A stretch of DNA of 64,000 nucleotides from Patescibacteria group bacterium. GTDB lineage: Bacteria > Patescibacteriota > Patescibacteriia > GWA2-46-9. Of the stretch, positions 43,522 to 54,043 are shown piece by piece. The first letter of the stretch is position 1. Every line of letters begins with the position of its first letter. The position numbers were made by a program, and so were the translations under genes. The DNA is taken from NCBI GenBank assembly GCA_041675205.1, contig JBAYUF010000002.1, positions 1,731 through 65,730 on the forward strand, in the 5' to 3' direction. Under the pieces are notes generated by a model. That model did no database searches. It was not told where the DNA came from and worked only from the letters and a program-made list of their open reading frames with translations.

Positions 43522-45348
43522 TTAGGCCGCCACCGGTTCTGCCATTATTGCTTCAAATGCTTGCCGCTCTAATGTTTCTTTTTCAAGAAGTGCGGCCACA
43601 ATGCGTTCAAGAGTCGGTCGATTTTCTTTAATGAGTCGCTTAGCTGTTGCCTGTGCCCGCTTCAATAGTGCGGCTACTTCTTCATCAATCTGCTTGGCGG
43701 TGTCTTCACTATAATCTCGCTGTTCGTGTATTTCTCTACCCAAGAATATCATCTCTTCTCGATGCCCGAAGGTTCGTGGGCCAAGCACGCTCATACCATA
43801 ATCAACGATAATACTCTTCGACAGTTTCGTAGCCTGCCGCAAATCGTTCGACGCACCGGTGGTTAACTCATCAAACACTTCTTGCTCGGCGGTGTAGCCG
43901 CCCAACATAACAGCCAGGTCGTCAATAAACTCACTCTTCGTGTGGAACCGTTTGTCTTCGAGTGGCAGTTTTAATGTGTACCCTGCGGCATGACCGCGAG
44001 AAATAATGGAGATTTTATGCACCGGGTCGGCGTTTGGCAACAAGTGTGCAACGAGCGCATGACCAGCCTCGTGGTATGCAGTAATTTTCTTCTCTTTGTC
44101 TGAGATCACTTGATTACGACGTTCTGGGCCAAGGATAACTTTTTCAACGCTCTCTAAAATCGCCGTTTGTGAAATCGCTTTGTCTCCATGACGCGCAGCC
44201 AAGATAGCCGCTTCGTTTAATACGTTGGCGAGATCCGCACCAGACAGTCCCGGTGTTCGAGCAGCCACCTCTCGTAAGACAACGGTTGGTGCCATTGGTT
44301 TGTTTTTTGCATGTACGGCAAGAATTGCCTCACGATCGTTAATGTCGGGAAGGTCAATCATCACTCGTCTATCAAAACGACCGGGTCGGAGGAGGGCGGC
44401 ATCCAACACATCAGGCCGGTTTGTGGCCGCCATAACAATCACGTTGGTTGATGTTTCAAACCCGTCCATCTCAACAAGTATCTGATTTAGTGTTTGCTCT
44501 CGTTCGTCGTGCGAGCCACCCAACCCGCTACCACGCTGACGGCCAACGGCATCGATTTCATCGATAAAAATGATAGCCGGGGCAAGCTTTTTAGCACGGC
44601 GGAATAGATCGCGCACCCGCGAAGCCCCAACCCCAACAAACATTTCCACAAATTCTGAACCAGAAATGTGGATAAAAGGAACACCGGCTTCACCCGCAAC
44701 CGCTCTCGCTAAAAGCGTTTTGCCTGTACCCGGAGCGCCAACCAATAAAACGCCACGGGGAATCTTGGCGCCAACGGCCTGAAATTTTTCTGGCTGAGCC
44801 AAAAACTCCACGACTTCTTCTAATTCTTGCTTTGCCTCGTGAGCGCCAGCAATGTCGGCAAAGGTCGTTTTCTCGCGGCGCTGGTCACTTGCTTCTCGAG
44901 CGGTGCTTTGTCCAAACGTCATGGCACGATTGTTCATGCCTTGCACCTGCCGCAACATGAAGTAGAAGAGCAGTCCAATGAGCGCGATGGGTAAGAGGAT
45001 TGGAAGCACTGCCCCCAGCCAATACGAGAAACCACCCTCGGTCTTTACGGTAATGGGGAGCGCCCGAATAGCTTCCGCTGAAACGCCATAGCTCTGCAAC
45101 AGCGCTGGCAATGAATCTTGTGATTCTTTGTGCGCCATCTTCTCAGACCCGTCTTGCAACGTATAGAGAATCGTTGCTCCATCACTAACGAGTATGCTTT
45201 TTACTGAACCGGCAGAAATATCGGTGACAAATGCGCTAAGACTTACGGTCTCTGTGCTGCTGCGATAATTAGAAACAACAGCGACCATCCCCGCGAGTGC
45301 GAAGAAGATGAGGATGAAGAAGAGGAAGCTGCGAAGTAAATTTTTCAT
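43522..45348 (-). CDS. ftsH: ATP-dependent zinc metalloprotease FtsH
   Basis: 608 aa. Two N-terminal TM helices, AAA module ([35 protein letters not shown]), zinc site HEAGHAL. Confidence 0.95.
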   Translation of the reverse strand: MKNLLRSFLFFILIFFALAGMVAVVSNYRSSTETVSLSAFVTDISAGSVKSILVSDGATILYTLQDGSEKMAHKESQDSLPALLQSYGVSAEAIRALPITVKTEGGFSYWLGAVLPILLPIALIGLLFYFMLRQVQGMNNRAMTFGQSTAREASDQRREKTTFADIAGAHEAKQELEEVVEFLAQPEKFQAVGAKIPRGVLLVGAPGTGKTLLARAVAGEAGVPFIHISGSEFVEMFVGVGASRVRDLFRRAKKLAPAIIFIDEIDAVGRQRGSGLGGSHDEREQTLNQILVEMDGFETSTNVIVMAATNRPDVLDAALLRPGRFDRRVMIDLPDINDREAILAVHAKNKPMAPTVVLREVAARTPGLSGADLANVLNEAAILAARHGDKAISQTAILESVEKVILGPERRNQVISDKEKKITAYHEAGHALVAHLLPNADPVHKISIISRGHAAGYTLKLPLEDKRFHTKSEFIDDLAVMLGGYTAEQEVFDELTTGASNDLRQATKLSKSIIVDYGMSVLGPRTFGHREEMIFLGREIHEQRDYSEDTAKQIDEEVAALLKRAQATAKRLIKENRPTLERIVAALLEKETLERQAFEAIMAEPVAA

Positions 45349-45423
45349 ATAATAAAGTAGGTGCAGTGTAGCAAGAAAAAACCGCCCCGGCTACGGGACG
45401 GTTTTTTATGCCTAATAAATAAT

Positions 45424-46599
45424 TTAGACGGCCGATTCTTTCTTCGTATTATCATCTTCAGTTACGGGCTCTTCTTTTGCACTGGCCGCAACATCAGCGG
45501 CTGTTTTTGTAAGCGACAAGCCAAGGCGATATTCAAGCGGCTTTAATGAAACGATGGTGAACTCCATCTCGTCACCTAACTTTACTTTTTCAGCAACCTC
45601 TTCGGGAGCCATACCCAATTCTGAGACGTGTGCCAAACCATGAATTTCAGGGTCAAGCTCCACGAACAACCCAAAGCTGTTTATCTTTCTGATTTTCCCC
45701 TTTACTCGAGTCCCAATAGCGTACTTCTCTTGTACTGTTTTCCATGGGTCAGGGAGAAGCCGCTTAACCGACAAGAAAACCTTTGGGCCATTGATGTTAA
45801 TAATCTGCGCTTTTACTTTTTGGTCCATCACGACAATTTCTGAAGGATTCTCAACCCGCTGCCAGGCCAACTCTGAAATATGGATGAGACCAGTGAGCCC
45901 CGGGGCAAACTCCATGAAGGCACCGAAGTCGGCAATGGCAGTAATTGGACCTTCACAGACCTCACCAACACGATGCGCATTAATCTTCTCCACCTGTTTG
46001 TCCTCTTCAACCTTCTTTTCGGAAACAATCAGTTTCCCGTCATCTAGGCTTGCGTCAAGCACCTTAACGACAAACTTCTCACCAATAAATTCTTTCAATT
46101 TTTCTAGAATGCGGACCTTGTCACCACCAGGAACCCGTGGGTAGTGCTCGGCTGAGAGCTGTGAGACAGGCAAGAAACCTTCAACATTGTTGACGTCAAC
46201 AATGAGCCCACCCTTGTTCGCCTCTCGCACGGTTACCGTCACTAACTCGCCGGCATCACGAAGGTCTTCCAGTTTACCCCACGACCGTTGCTGTCCAGCA
46301 AATCTGAAGGAGAGTTCAACTTCACCAAGCTCGTTTTCAAGATCAAGAACGGTTGCTTCGGCCGGGTCGCCAAGCCCCAACTTTGCATAGTCTTCTGATT
46401 CATTATAAAGCTCCCGACCACGGATGACACCAGAATAGCCACCTAAATCAAGGTGAACTTCTGTTTTTGTAATACTGCTAACGATACCGGAAACGACATC
46501 GCCAACCTTTGGCAGTGACCAATATTGCCGATCTTCGAGAAGCTGCTGAATCTCTGAAGTAGCGATTTTGCTGGGGTTTTTCGTTGTTACTTTAATCAT
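45424..46599 (-). CDS. rpsA: 30S ribosomal protein S1 (four S1 domains)
   Basis: Repeated S1/OB units (GDVVSGIV...; GELVTVTV...; VGEVCEGPI...; IGTRVKGKI...). The start was chosen at MIKVTT (46599). The longer track ORF (to 46698, GTG) would overlap the divergent PBP gene start. Confidence 0.8.
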   Translation of the reverse strand: MIKVTTKNPSKIATSEIQQLLEDRQYWSLPKVGDVVSGIVSSITKTEVHLDLGGYSGVIRGRELYNESEDYAKLGLGDPAEATVLDLENELGEVELSFRFAGQQRSWGKLEDLRDAGELVTVTVREANKGGLIVDVNNVEGFLPVSQLSAEHYPRVPGGDKVRILEKLKEFIGEKFVVKVLDASLDDGKLIVSEKKVEEDKQVEKINAHRVGEVCEGPITAIADFGAFMEFAPGLTGLIHISELAWQRVENPSEIVVMDQKVKAQIININGPKVFLSVKRLLPDPWKTVQEKYAIGTRVKGKIRKINSFGLFVELDPEIHGLAHVSELGMAPEEVAEKVKLGDEMEFTIVSLKPLEYRLGLSLTKTAADVAASAKEEPVTEDDNTKKESAV

Positions 46600-46683
46600 A
46601 GGTTTACCCACTATACTGAAGGGGACAGACTTTGGCAAGGGTGATAGCTCTGCTATAGTGAAGCCACTATCTTTCTTATACAA

Positions 46684-49239
46684 ATGCCGCACCATCACTT
46701 TAAACGCATAGCCTATAAACCGTCTCCAACAGGGTCACTGCACCGGAAACGAAAACGTGGTCGCCGACTCCCTCAGTTCACTCTCCCCCGTGGCGCAAAA
46801 CATCTCATTGGCAAACTGGCGCTTATTGGGGCCACTGGCGCGGCCTTTGGTGTGCTGGCGCTTCTCGCACTAACCGCGTGGTACTCACACACCCTGCCCG
46901 ACCCTGGGAGCCTTGCGCACCAGGCTATAAACAATGGCACAAAAATTTACGACCGCACGGGTGAAACAGTGCTATATGAATTCCATGGCGACCAAAAACA
47001 GACGACGATTACCTTGGCGCAAATCCCAGAAAACGTAAGGAATGCGACGTTGGTAGCCGAAGACCGTAATTTTTACTCACACAACGGGTTTGATATCCGC
47101 GGGTTCCTTCGAGCAGTGCTTGTGAATATTTTTACCAGTCGACAACCGGGGGGATCAACCATTACGCAACAGCTGGTTAAAAACACCATCGTCGGGAACG
47201 AAAAAAGCTACACCAGAAAACTAAAGGAACTCATTTTAAGCTACCGACTCGAACAAGAATTTTCAAAGGACCAAATTCTTGAACTCTACCTCAACGCGAT
47301 TCCTTACGGCGGCAATGCCTACGGTATCCAATCTGCTTCGGAGAAATATTTTGCGAAGGACGCCAACGAACTCTCGCTAGCGGAGTCGGCAACACTGGCC
47401 GCCCTACCAAACAGACCTTCTCGACTTTCCCCTTATGGCAACAACCGAGCCGAACTCATAGCACGACAGCACTACATCTTAGACGAAATGGCCGCCCTTG
47501 GTTATATATCGGAAGAGGCAGCTGAAGTGGCCAAACAAGAGGAGCTCCACTTCTCGAAATTGGGGGAGGGTATCACGGCACCACATTTCGTTTTCTATAT
47601 TCAATCCTTGCTGGCAGAAAAATATGGAGAAGGCTATTTGGAAACGAATGGATTACGAGTGGTAACGACGCTCGACGCGAAGTTACAAAAAATTGCCGAG
47701 GAGGCAGTAAAGAATGGTGCGGATAAAAATACTGAGCGCTACGGCGGAAACAACGCAGCACTCATAGCGATTGACCCAAAGACAGGCCAAATAGTGAGCA
47801 TGGTTGGTTCCAAAGACTACTTCGAAGAAACAATTGACGGCAACGTCAACGTTACCATTCAACCACGACAACCAGGCTCGTCTTTCAAACCAATCGTATA
47901 CGCCGCTGCGTTCATGCGTGGCTACACACCAAACACTGTCCTCTACGACGTAAAAACAAAGTTCTTATCGCCGCCGCAAGCCGCCTATGAACCAACCAAT
48001 TTCGGTGGGGCAGAGCATGGCCCGGTCACTATTCGGCAGGCGCTAGCCGGCTCTTTAAATATTCCTGCCGTGCAAACACTCTATTTGACTGGTGTCGATA
48101 ATGCGCTGAACCTCGCTGATCGTCTCGGCTATACAACGCTTGGTGATCGGAGTCGCTTTGGTTTGTCGTTGGTGCTTGGGGGTGGGGAGGTAAAACTACT
48201 AGAACATGCGGCTGCTTTTCAAGCATTCGCCAATGATGGTGTCTACCACGAAACCGCGGCAATCCTTCGCGTTGAGGACTCCAATGGGAACCTTCTCGAA
48301 TCGTTCCAACCAAAAAATCGACAAGCTATGCCAACGCAAGTTGCCAGACTCGTTACCAGTATTCTCACCGACAACAGTGCCCGGGCGTATGTCTTTGGTG
48401 CCAGTAGCCCGCTCACCCTGGGAGACAGACCAGTTGGTGCAAAAACAGGAACAACAAACGACTTCCACGACGGCTGGACAATTGGGTTTACGCCGTCTCT
48501 CGTCGCTGGTGTGTGGGCAGGAAACAATAACAACACGGCAATGACCGGCTCTGCTGACGGGGTGAATGTTGCTGCGCCAATCTGGAACGCTTTTATGCGC
48601 GGTGCCCTGCAAGGTACTTCGGTTGAACAGTTCACCCCACCAGATCAAATTTCTGAGGATGGTAATCCAGCGCTCTATGGGAAAATACCAACAACGCTTT
48701 CTGTTGTTATTGATCGTGCATCAGGAAAATTAGCCACCGACCGAACACCGACTGATTATCGAGAAACACGCTCCTACCCAGCGGCGCACAGTATTCTCCA
48801 CTATGTTGATCGCGATAACCCAACCGGGCCAGCACCTGAACATCCAGAGAATGATCCTAACTACGCCCCATGGGAAGCTGCCGTCCAACAGTGGGTGGGA
48901 GCCCAAGGTAGCGACACCATAACAGTCCCGCCAACTGAGTATGATGATGTGCACACTATTGAGAACGAACCGCAGCTCATTGTCACAAGTCCGGCACCTA
49001 ACCAAACCGTGCGAGGAACAACGCTACCCGTCACACTGGTCGCTACTGCCAAACGGGGCATTGTAAGTATTTCATACTCTTTTGACGGCAGCCGAGTGGC
49101 CACAGGGGGAGGGGGGACAGGGCAAACAATAGCTATACCAGATACCTTTGCCTCTGGCTTCCACAATCTTCAAGTTGAGGTTCGAGACGATGTTGGTAAC
49201 ACAAAAACTGTTGAGCGTTCTTTTAACTACATCCCATAA
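46684..49239 (+). CDS. penicillin-binding protein 1A (bifunctional glycosyltransferase/transpeptidase)
   Basis: 851 aa. A basic cytoplasmic tail plus TM. GT51 motifs EDRNFYSHNGFDIRG and GGSTITQQLVKN. Transpeptidase motifs SSFKP, SLN and KTGT. A C-terminal beta-rich extension. Confidence 0.9.
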   Translation: MPHHHFKRIAYKPSPTGSLHRKRKRGRRLPQFTLPRGAKHLIGKLALIGATGAAFGVLALLALTAWYSHTLPDPGSLAHQAINNGTKIYDRTGETVLYEFHGDQKQTTITLAQIPENVRNATLVAEDRNFYSHNGFDIRGFLRAVLVNIFTSRQPGGSTITQQLVKNTIVGNEKSYTRKLKELILSYRLEQEFSKDQILELYLNAIPYGGNAYGIQSASEKYFAKDANELSLAESATLAALPNRPSRLSPYGNNRAELIARQHYILDEMAALGYISEEAAEVAKQEELHFSKLGEGITAPHFVFYIQSLLAEKYGEGYLETNGLRVVTTLDAKLQKIAEEAVKNGADKNTERYGGNNAALIAIDPKTGQIVSMVGSKDYFEETIDGNVNVTIQPRQPGSSFKPIVYAAAFMRGYTPNTVLYDVKTKFLSPPQAAYEPTNFGGAEHGPVTIRQALAGSLNIPAVQTLYLTGVDNALNLADRLGYTTLGDRSRFGLSLVLGGGEVKLLEHAAAFQAFANDGVYHETAAILRVEDSNGNLLESFQPKNRQAMPTQVARLVTSILTDNSARAYVFGASSPLTLGDRPVGAKTGTTNDFHDGWTIGFTPSLVAGVWAGNNNNTAMTGSADGVNVAAPIWNAFMRGALQGTSVEQFTPPDQISEDGNPALYGKIPTTLSVVIDRASGKLATDRTPTDYRETRSYPAAHSILHYVDRDNPTGPAPEHPENDPNYAPWEAAVQQWVGAQGSDTITVPPTEYDDVHTIENEPQLIVTSPAPNQTVRGTTLPVTLVATAKRGIVSISYSFDGSRVATGGGGTGQTIAIPDTFASGFHNLQVEVRDDVGNTKTVERSFNYIP

Positions 49240-49242
49240 GTA

Positions 49243-49266
49243 AACCCCCACGCTTGTGGGGGTTTA
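49243..49266. terminator. hairpin AAACCCCCAC-gcuu-GUGGGGGUUU between convergent genes
   Basis: 10-bp stem. It sits 3 bp after the PBP stop and 25 bp before the dnaN stop. Confidence 0.6.
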
Positions 49267-49291
49267 CTTATCCTCTCCTGCTGCCTCTCTA

Positions 49292-50398
49292 TTACCCCCG
49301 AATGGGCATAATAAGATACCGCCAATTATTTCCCTCTGCTGCTTCATAGGGGGTAACCAAAACCGGTCGATCAGCATTCAATAAATGTACGACTACCTTA
49401 CCATCAGCCACCGCCAAAATATCGAGAAGGTAACGCGCGTTTAGGGTGATTGACTCTCCTGTTCCAGCTGGCCCAGTAGCTGGTACTTTTGTGCGATGGA
49501 AACCAACCTCACTACTTTCAGCATGTACATCTAGTGAGCCGTCGGCATTCCCGGTTACCCCAATACTAGACGAACCACCACGAGAAAAAAGTGCAGTGGC
49601 TTTTACCGCCTTACTAAGGGCGCTAACTGCTACAACATGCTCGGTTCCACCAACTGGGAATAAAGACTCGTACTCTGGAAAATCTCCCTCTACCAAGCGG
49701 GTTGTTACTACTGTTTGATCAAACAAAAAACATGCTTGATTTTCCCCAAGCGCCATTTTTACCGATCCACTTAAACTACCCAGCATCCTGAAGATTTCCT
49801 GAGCTGCACTTGTTGGTACAATACACTGCACTCGTCCTTCTTGCGTTGCTATTTTTCCTTTCGCTTCAGCCAATCGGAATCCGTCAGTAGCCGCAAAACA
49901 CACCGTCTGCCCATCAAGTACCAGTAGAACACCTTGAAATTGTGGTCGTTGCTCATTTCTTCCAACTGAGAACTGTGTTTTTTTAAGACCCTCAACAAAA
50001 TCGCTAATTAAAAATTCAACTTCGTTTTTCGGATTCTCTAGTGAGGGGATAATAGGAAAGTCTGCTTCGGGAATTGTGTGAAGTGAACTACTTGTGTCCG
50101 CGGTGGCGATTCGCAACCCACTTTCCTCCAAAGTAACCGTCACCGTTCCTTCTGGCAATAAACTAACAAGATCAAGGAATAATTTTGCAGGTACAAGACA
50201 GCTGCCATCTTCTTCAGTTTTTCCGCGAACGGTGTGCTGGACCCCCAACTCAAGGTTTGTTGTGGTGAAAGTTATTTTTCCTGCTTCAACTGAAATATGG
50301 ATATTCTTTAGCACTGGTAACCCACCAGACCGAAGTGCAGTTGGGGCAACTGTTTGGACACCGAGTACTAGGTTTTCTTTCAAGCACGTGAACCGCAT
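49292..50398 (-). CDS. dnaN: DNA polymerase III beta sliding clamp
   Basis: 368 aa with three-domain beta-clamp architecture. N-terminal MRFTCLKENL...VQTV. Positioned immediately downstream of dnaA. Confidence 0.9.
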   Translation of the reverse strand: MRFTCLKENLVLGVQTVAPTALRSGGLPVLKNIHISVEAGKITFTTTNLELGVQHTVRGKTEEDGSCLVPAKLFLDLVSLLPEGTVTVTLEESGLRIATADTSSSLHTIPEADFPIIPSLENPKNEVEFLISDFVEGLKKTQFSVGRNEQRPQFQGVLLVLDGQTVCFAATDGFRLAEAKGKIATQEGRVQCIVPTSAAQEIFRMLGSLSGSVKMALGENQACFLFDQTVVTTRLVEGDFPEYESLFPVGGTEHVVAVSALSKAVKATALFSRGGSSSIGVTGNADGSLDVHAESSEVGFHRTKVPATGPAGTGESITLNARYLLDILAVADGKVVVHLLNADRPVLVTPYEAAEGNNWRYLIMPIRG

Positions 50399-50684
50399 AT
50401 TAATAAGTTAATATAGAAAAGAAATAATAGAAGTAGTAAGTGGTGTGGATTTGTGGGTAAGTAAGATTAAAGACAACCGTACCCAGCTTTTGCTGCTAAA
50501 TCTCTACTGGTGGTAAGTGTTAGGTTGTTGATGAAGTGCGGATGACGTTGTGTAGTAGTGATCATAAAGTTTTAGTGGTTGTGGAAAGTGTCGTGAGGAG
50601 TGGAGTGAAGGAAAGTAATTGTGTTAGTAGGTCTCTTTTTCTCCACAGTTCATCTCTCTGTGCTGCACTGTTCGTGCACATGTT
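50399..50684. promoter_or_regulatory. candidate oriC (dnaA-dnaN intergenic): AT-rich unwinding tract plus several DnaA-box-like 9-mers
   Basis: AT-rich TAATAAGTTAATATAGAAAAGAAATAATAGAAG at 50401-50433. DnaA-box-like 9-mers: TGTGGATTT (50444), TGTGGGTAA (50454), TGTGGAAAG (50580) and TTCTCCACA (50637). Consensus is TTATCCACA/TGTGGATAA. Confidence 0.5.
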
Positions 50685-52034
50685 TTACACAACATAGAGT
50701 TGCTGACGAATAGTGAGAATATCCTGTCGTATCTTTTCGTCATTTTCAACAGCAGTTTTAATTTTGTCATACGCATGCATAACGGTTGTGTGGTCACGTT
50801 GCCCAACATGTTGGCCAATGGAAGGGAAAGACGCCTTTGTTTCTTCTCTCATTAGGTACATGCTTACTTGGCGGGGAAGAACGAGTTCTCGTTTCCTACT
50901 TTTCCCAAGTACATCCTCAATTGATATCGCATAATAACGACAAACGATGTCGATGAGCTGTTTTGGAGTGAGTCGCTCGGTGCGAGTGGTTGTTTGAGCG
51001 ATATCTCGGTACAGTTTTTTCACGTCGTCAAGGGTTGCAATTCGGCCAGAGAATTCTTGTTCGGCGAGCACGCGGTTTAGCGCCCCCTCTAATTCGCGGA
51101 CATTGTGCTGCACAACAGACGCAAGGTAGCCAAGAATGTCACCGTCGATGTTTACCCGCTTCTCCTTACATTTCGACTGTAAAATGGCGGTACGAGTTTC
51201 AAGGTCGGGGTTAGCAATATCAGCAATCATTCCCCATTCGAAACGAGAGAGTAACCGTTGTTCGAGGGCGGGGATGGCTTTTGGTGGGCGGTCTGAAGTA
51301 AGCACGATTTGCTTGTTGTTTTGGTGAAGCGCGTTAAAGGTGTGGAAGAATTCTTCTTGCGTGGCTTCTTTCCCAGCAATGAATTGAATGTCATCAATGA
51401 GAAGAACATCAACGGAGCGGTACTGATCTTTAAACTCTTTTGCACGACCGGCGCGAACTGATTGAATGTAGTCGTTCGTGAAACGTTCACTGGTCACGTA
51501 GAGCACCCGAGCGCCTTTTTCAATAAGGTTAAGCCCGACACCTTGCAAAAGGTGTGTTTTTCCAAGGCCAACACCACCATAAATGAATAAGGGGTTGTAT
51601 GACTTACCTGGGTTACTCGCTACTGCCAATGCGGCGGCGTGGGCAAGTTCGTTTCCTTTCCCAACAATGAAAGATTCAATACGGTAGCGCTCATTTAAGC
51701 CAAAGCGTTGCTGCGCCTGGCTTACCGCTACTGCTTTTGGTTCGACTGCTGCAGTCGTCGTGTGTTCAAAGACACCGTCAGGACGATGGACCTCAACTTT
51801 GTACATCACTTCTCGAAGTGTTTCTTGAAGGGTGTTTTGGATAGCAACAACAATGGCGTCGTGGTATTTTTTTTCGAGCCAGGTTTTTGTGAACGTGTTG
51901 GGGACGCCAATAATCACCCGGCCATCATCAACCTCAATAACAAATGTATTTTTGAACCAGGTTGTGAAATTTGCTCGGCTGATGACCAGTTCAAGCTCAC
52001 CCAAAACCGCTTGCCAGAGATGCTCCTTTGTCAT
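50685..52034 (-). CDS. dnaA: chromosomal replication initiator protein DnaA
   Basis: 449 aa. AAA+ core (GGVGLGKTHLLQ, LLIDDIQF), sensor motifs, and the C-terminal DNA-binding domain (SMYLMREETKASFPSIGQHVGQRDHTTVMHA). Confidence 0.95.
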   Translation of the reverse strand: MTKEHLWQAVLGELELVISRANFTTWFKNTFVIEVDDGRVIIGVPNTFTKTWLEKKYHDAIVVAIQNTLQETLREVMYKVEVHRPDGVFEHTTTAAVEPKAVAVSQAQQRFGLNERYRIESFIVGKGNELAHAAALAVASNPGKSYNPLFIYGGVGLGKTHLLQGVGLNLIEKGARVLYVTSERFTNDYIQSVRAGRAKEFKDQYRSVDVLLIDDIQFIAGKEATQEEFFHTFNALHQNNKQIVLTSDRPPKAIPALEQRLLSRFEWGMIADIANPDLETRTAILQSKCKEKRVNIDGDILGYLASVVQHNVRELEGALNRVLAEQEFSGRIATLDDVKKLYRDIAQTTTRTERLTPKQLIDIVCRYYAISIEDVLGKSRKRELVLPRQVSMYLMREETKASFPSIGQHVGQRDHTTVMHAYDKIKTAVENDEKIRQDILTIRQQLYVV

Positions 52035-52296
52035 AGGAGGTGGGGTACCATGTGGTGAGTACGAAGCAGCAAAAAAATCATTGTAGTTTATTTCAAAAAA
52101 TTCGGTATTTTCAACTATAGCACAGGGGGTGGAAGCTCATAGTAGAATGGAACAGAAGGAATGTTAACAACCTGTGGATATCCTGTGGGCGGCCTGTTTC
52201 TCCATGATGACTTTGACCACGAGCTTTTGACAACGTATACTGAATGCATTACATAGACTGGGCAGCGTTACAACTTACTAATTCATTTACGGGAGT
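52035..52296. promoter_or_regulatory. dnaA upstream region with a DnaA box TGTGGATAT and an AT-rich tract (second origin/autoregulatory element candidate)
   Basis: CCTGTGGATATCCTGTGGG at ~52178-52196. AT-rich CAAAAAAATCATTGTAGTTTATTTCAAAAAATTCGGTATTTTCAAC at ~52065-52110. Confidence 0.4.
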
Positions 52297-52437
52297 ATGC
52301 CAAAGAGGACGTTCCAACCTAAAAAAGCGAAGCGAGCAAAAAAACATGGCTTTCGAGCGAGGATGAGTACCACGAGTGGACGAGCGGTACTGGCGCGGCG
52401 TCGAGCAAAGGGTCGCAAAAGATTGGCCGTTGCTTAG
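52297..52437 (+). CDS. rpmH: 50S ribosomal protein L34
   Basis: Translation [46 protein letters not shown] (46 aa) matches the L34 consensus. Not in the ORF track (too short). Confidence 0.9.
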   Translation: MPKRTFQPKKAKRAKKHGFRARMSTTSGRAVLARRRAKGRKRLAVA

Positions 52438-52440
52438 TCC

Positions 52441-52785
52441 ATGTTTCCCCGGGCCGAGCGGTTACGGAAACGAAGAGACATCCAGCGGACAATAGCAAAA
52501 GGCAGGCGAGTATCCGATCAATTTTTATTGGTGCGCACAATGCCGTTACTTGCTCCTGGCCCGCGAGTTACCGTTGTTGTTGGTACCGTCGTTGATAAAC
52601 GGGCTACTGTACGGAATAAGATAAAACGGCAGTTGCGGGTTGATTTACGTCAGGCACTGGCAAAACGACCCTTGTCGTCGAGTGGTATTGCTATCATGGT
52701 TTCTGTAAAGCGTCCGATACTGCAGTGTTCGGCCATAGCACGAAAAGCTAGCTTGCAAGCGTTACTCAGCCGATCGGGTCTCTAA
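52441..52785 (+). CDS. rnpA: ribonuclease P protein component
   Basis: 114 aa, basic. RLRKRRDIQRTIAKGRRVSDQFLLVR...RNKIKRQLR is the RnpA pattern. Immediately downstream of rpmH. Confidence 0.85.
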   Translation: MFPRAERLRKRRDIQRTIAKGRRVSDQFLLVRTMPLLAPGPRVTVVVGTVVDKRATVRNKIKRQLRVDLRQALAKRPLSSSGIAIMVSVKRPILQCSAIARKASLQALLSRSGL

Positions 52786-52789
52786 GCCT

Positions 52790-53035
52790 ATGCTTAAGGT
52801 TATTTCCTTCGGAATCACTCTTTATCAGTGGACAGTTTCACCAGACCATAGCGCTGTTGGCCGCTATTTTTATCCCTATGGCTGTTGCCGCTTTACGCCA
52901 ACGTGCTCTGTCTACGCCAAGGCGGCGGTTGCCGAGTATAAGTGGCTAGGCTTGTGGTATGCGTTCCGGCGCCTTGTCCGGTGTCATCCATGGGCCAAAG
53001 GCGGCAGTGACCCTGTAGAAGCTATAAAACAGTAA
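52790..53035 (+). CDS. yidD: membrane protein insertion efficiency factor YidD
   Basis: 81 aa. ITLYQWTVSP...CRFTPTCSVYAKAAVAEYKWLGLWYAFRRLVRCHPWAKGGSDPV is the YidD signature. Confidence 0.85.
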   Translation: MLKVISFGITLYQWTVSPDHSAVGRYFYPYGCCRFTPTCSVYAKAAVAEYKWLGLWYAFRRLVRCHPWAKGGSDPVEAIKQ

Positions 53036-53043
53036 TTTTTGCC

Positions 53044-53775
53044 ATGTCATACCTCTATAACACCATCTTTTATCAGCCGGTTTTCAACGCGTTAGTTTTT
53101 TTGTATGACATTATCCCAGGCAATGACCTCGGTGTTGCCATTATTATTTTGACAATATTTATTCGCCTGGTTCTCTATCCACTTTCCGTTAAATCCATAC
53201 GTGCCCAAAAAGGATTGCAAGACTTACAGCCAAAGCTGGAAGCTTTAAAAAAACAGTACAGCAATAATCGTGAGCAGCTGGCGCGAGAGACAATGCAGCT
53301 CTACAAAGAAGAAAAGATTAATCCACTCTCGTCGTGCCTTCCTTTACTCCTGCAGCTCCCGTTTCTTATTGCACTGTTCCACGCGTTTCGAAATGTAACA
53401 AAACCCGAGAGTTTGCAGCTATTGTACTCATTTATACCATCGCCGGAGCACATAAACACCATGGGTCTTTACGGCCTTCTCGACCTATCGCAGCCGAATT
53501 ATATAATTGCAATTCTCGCTGGGTTGGCCCAATTTTGGCAAGGGAAAATGCTGGTTCATCGTCGGCCAGCCAAGCGAAGCGACGAATCCAAGGATGAAGA
53601 CTTCGCGACACTTATGAACCAGCAAATGCTGTATGTTATGCCGGCGGTAACGACCGTGATTGCGTGGACGTTTCCAGCCGGACTGGCATTGTATTGGTTC
53701 CTGAGCACGTTGTTATTGGCGTTGCAGCAGTGGGTTCTTTTTAGAAAGAAAAAAGATGGCAACCTTGCCAGCTAA
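53044..53775 (+). CDS. yidC: membrane protein insertase YidC/Oxa1 (short form)
   Basis: 243 aa. NDLGVAIIILTIFIRLVLYPLSVKS...PLSSCLPLLLQLPFLIALF... shows the YidC core TM1/TM2 pattern. Confidence 0.85.
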   Translation: MSYLYNTIFYQPVFNALVFLYDIIPGNDLGVAIIILTIFIRLVLYPLSVKSIRAQKGLQDLQPKLEALKKQYSNNREQLARETMQLYKEEKINPLSSCLPLLLQLPFLIALFHAFRNVTKPESLQLLYSFIPSPEHINTMGLYGLLDLSQPNYIIAILAGLAQFWQGKMLVHRRPAKRSDESKDEDFATLMNQQMLYVMPAVTTVIAWTFPAGLALYWFLSTLLLALQQWVLFRKKKDGNLAS

Positions 53776-54043
53776 AGCACTCCTTGGACTACCCGTTGAA
53801 ACACAAAGCGGTACTCGCCTGGGGATTATAAAAAATTTTGATATTGACGTTGCGTTGTGTACCGTTGTCCGTTTTTATGTTGCGCCGCGGCTGCCAAAGC
53901 CATTTCAGAACGAGCGTTTCATTATTACGCCAGCGCAAGTTGTTGCGATAGAGCGGCAGCGTATGGTCGTCTTTGATGCGGTTAGCCGTGAAGGACTACC
54001 GGCGTCTGCGACAGGGATAAGCGCACCAGCGGTGGGTGCTTAA
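53756..54043 (+). CDS. hypothetical protein, possible PRC-barrel fold
   Basis: 95 aa. LLGLPVETQSGTRLGIIKNFDIDVALCTVVRFYV resembles PRC-barrel (YlmC-like) proteins. Tentative. Confidence 0.35.
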   Translation: MATLPAKALLGLPVETQSGTRLGIIKNFDIDVALCTVVRFYVAPRLPKPFQNERFIITPAQVVAIERQRMVVFDAVSREGLPASATGISAPAVGA

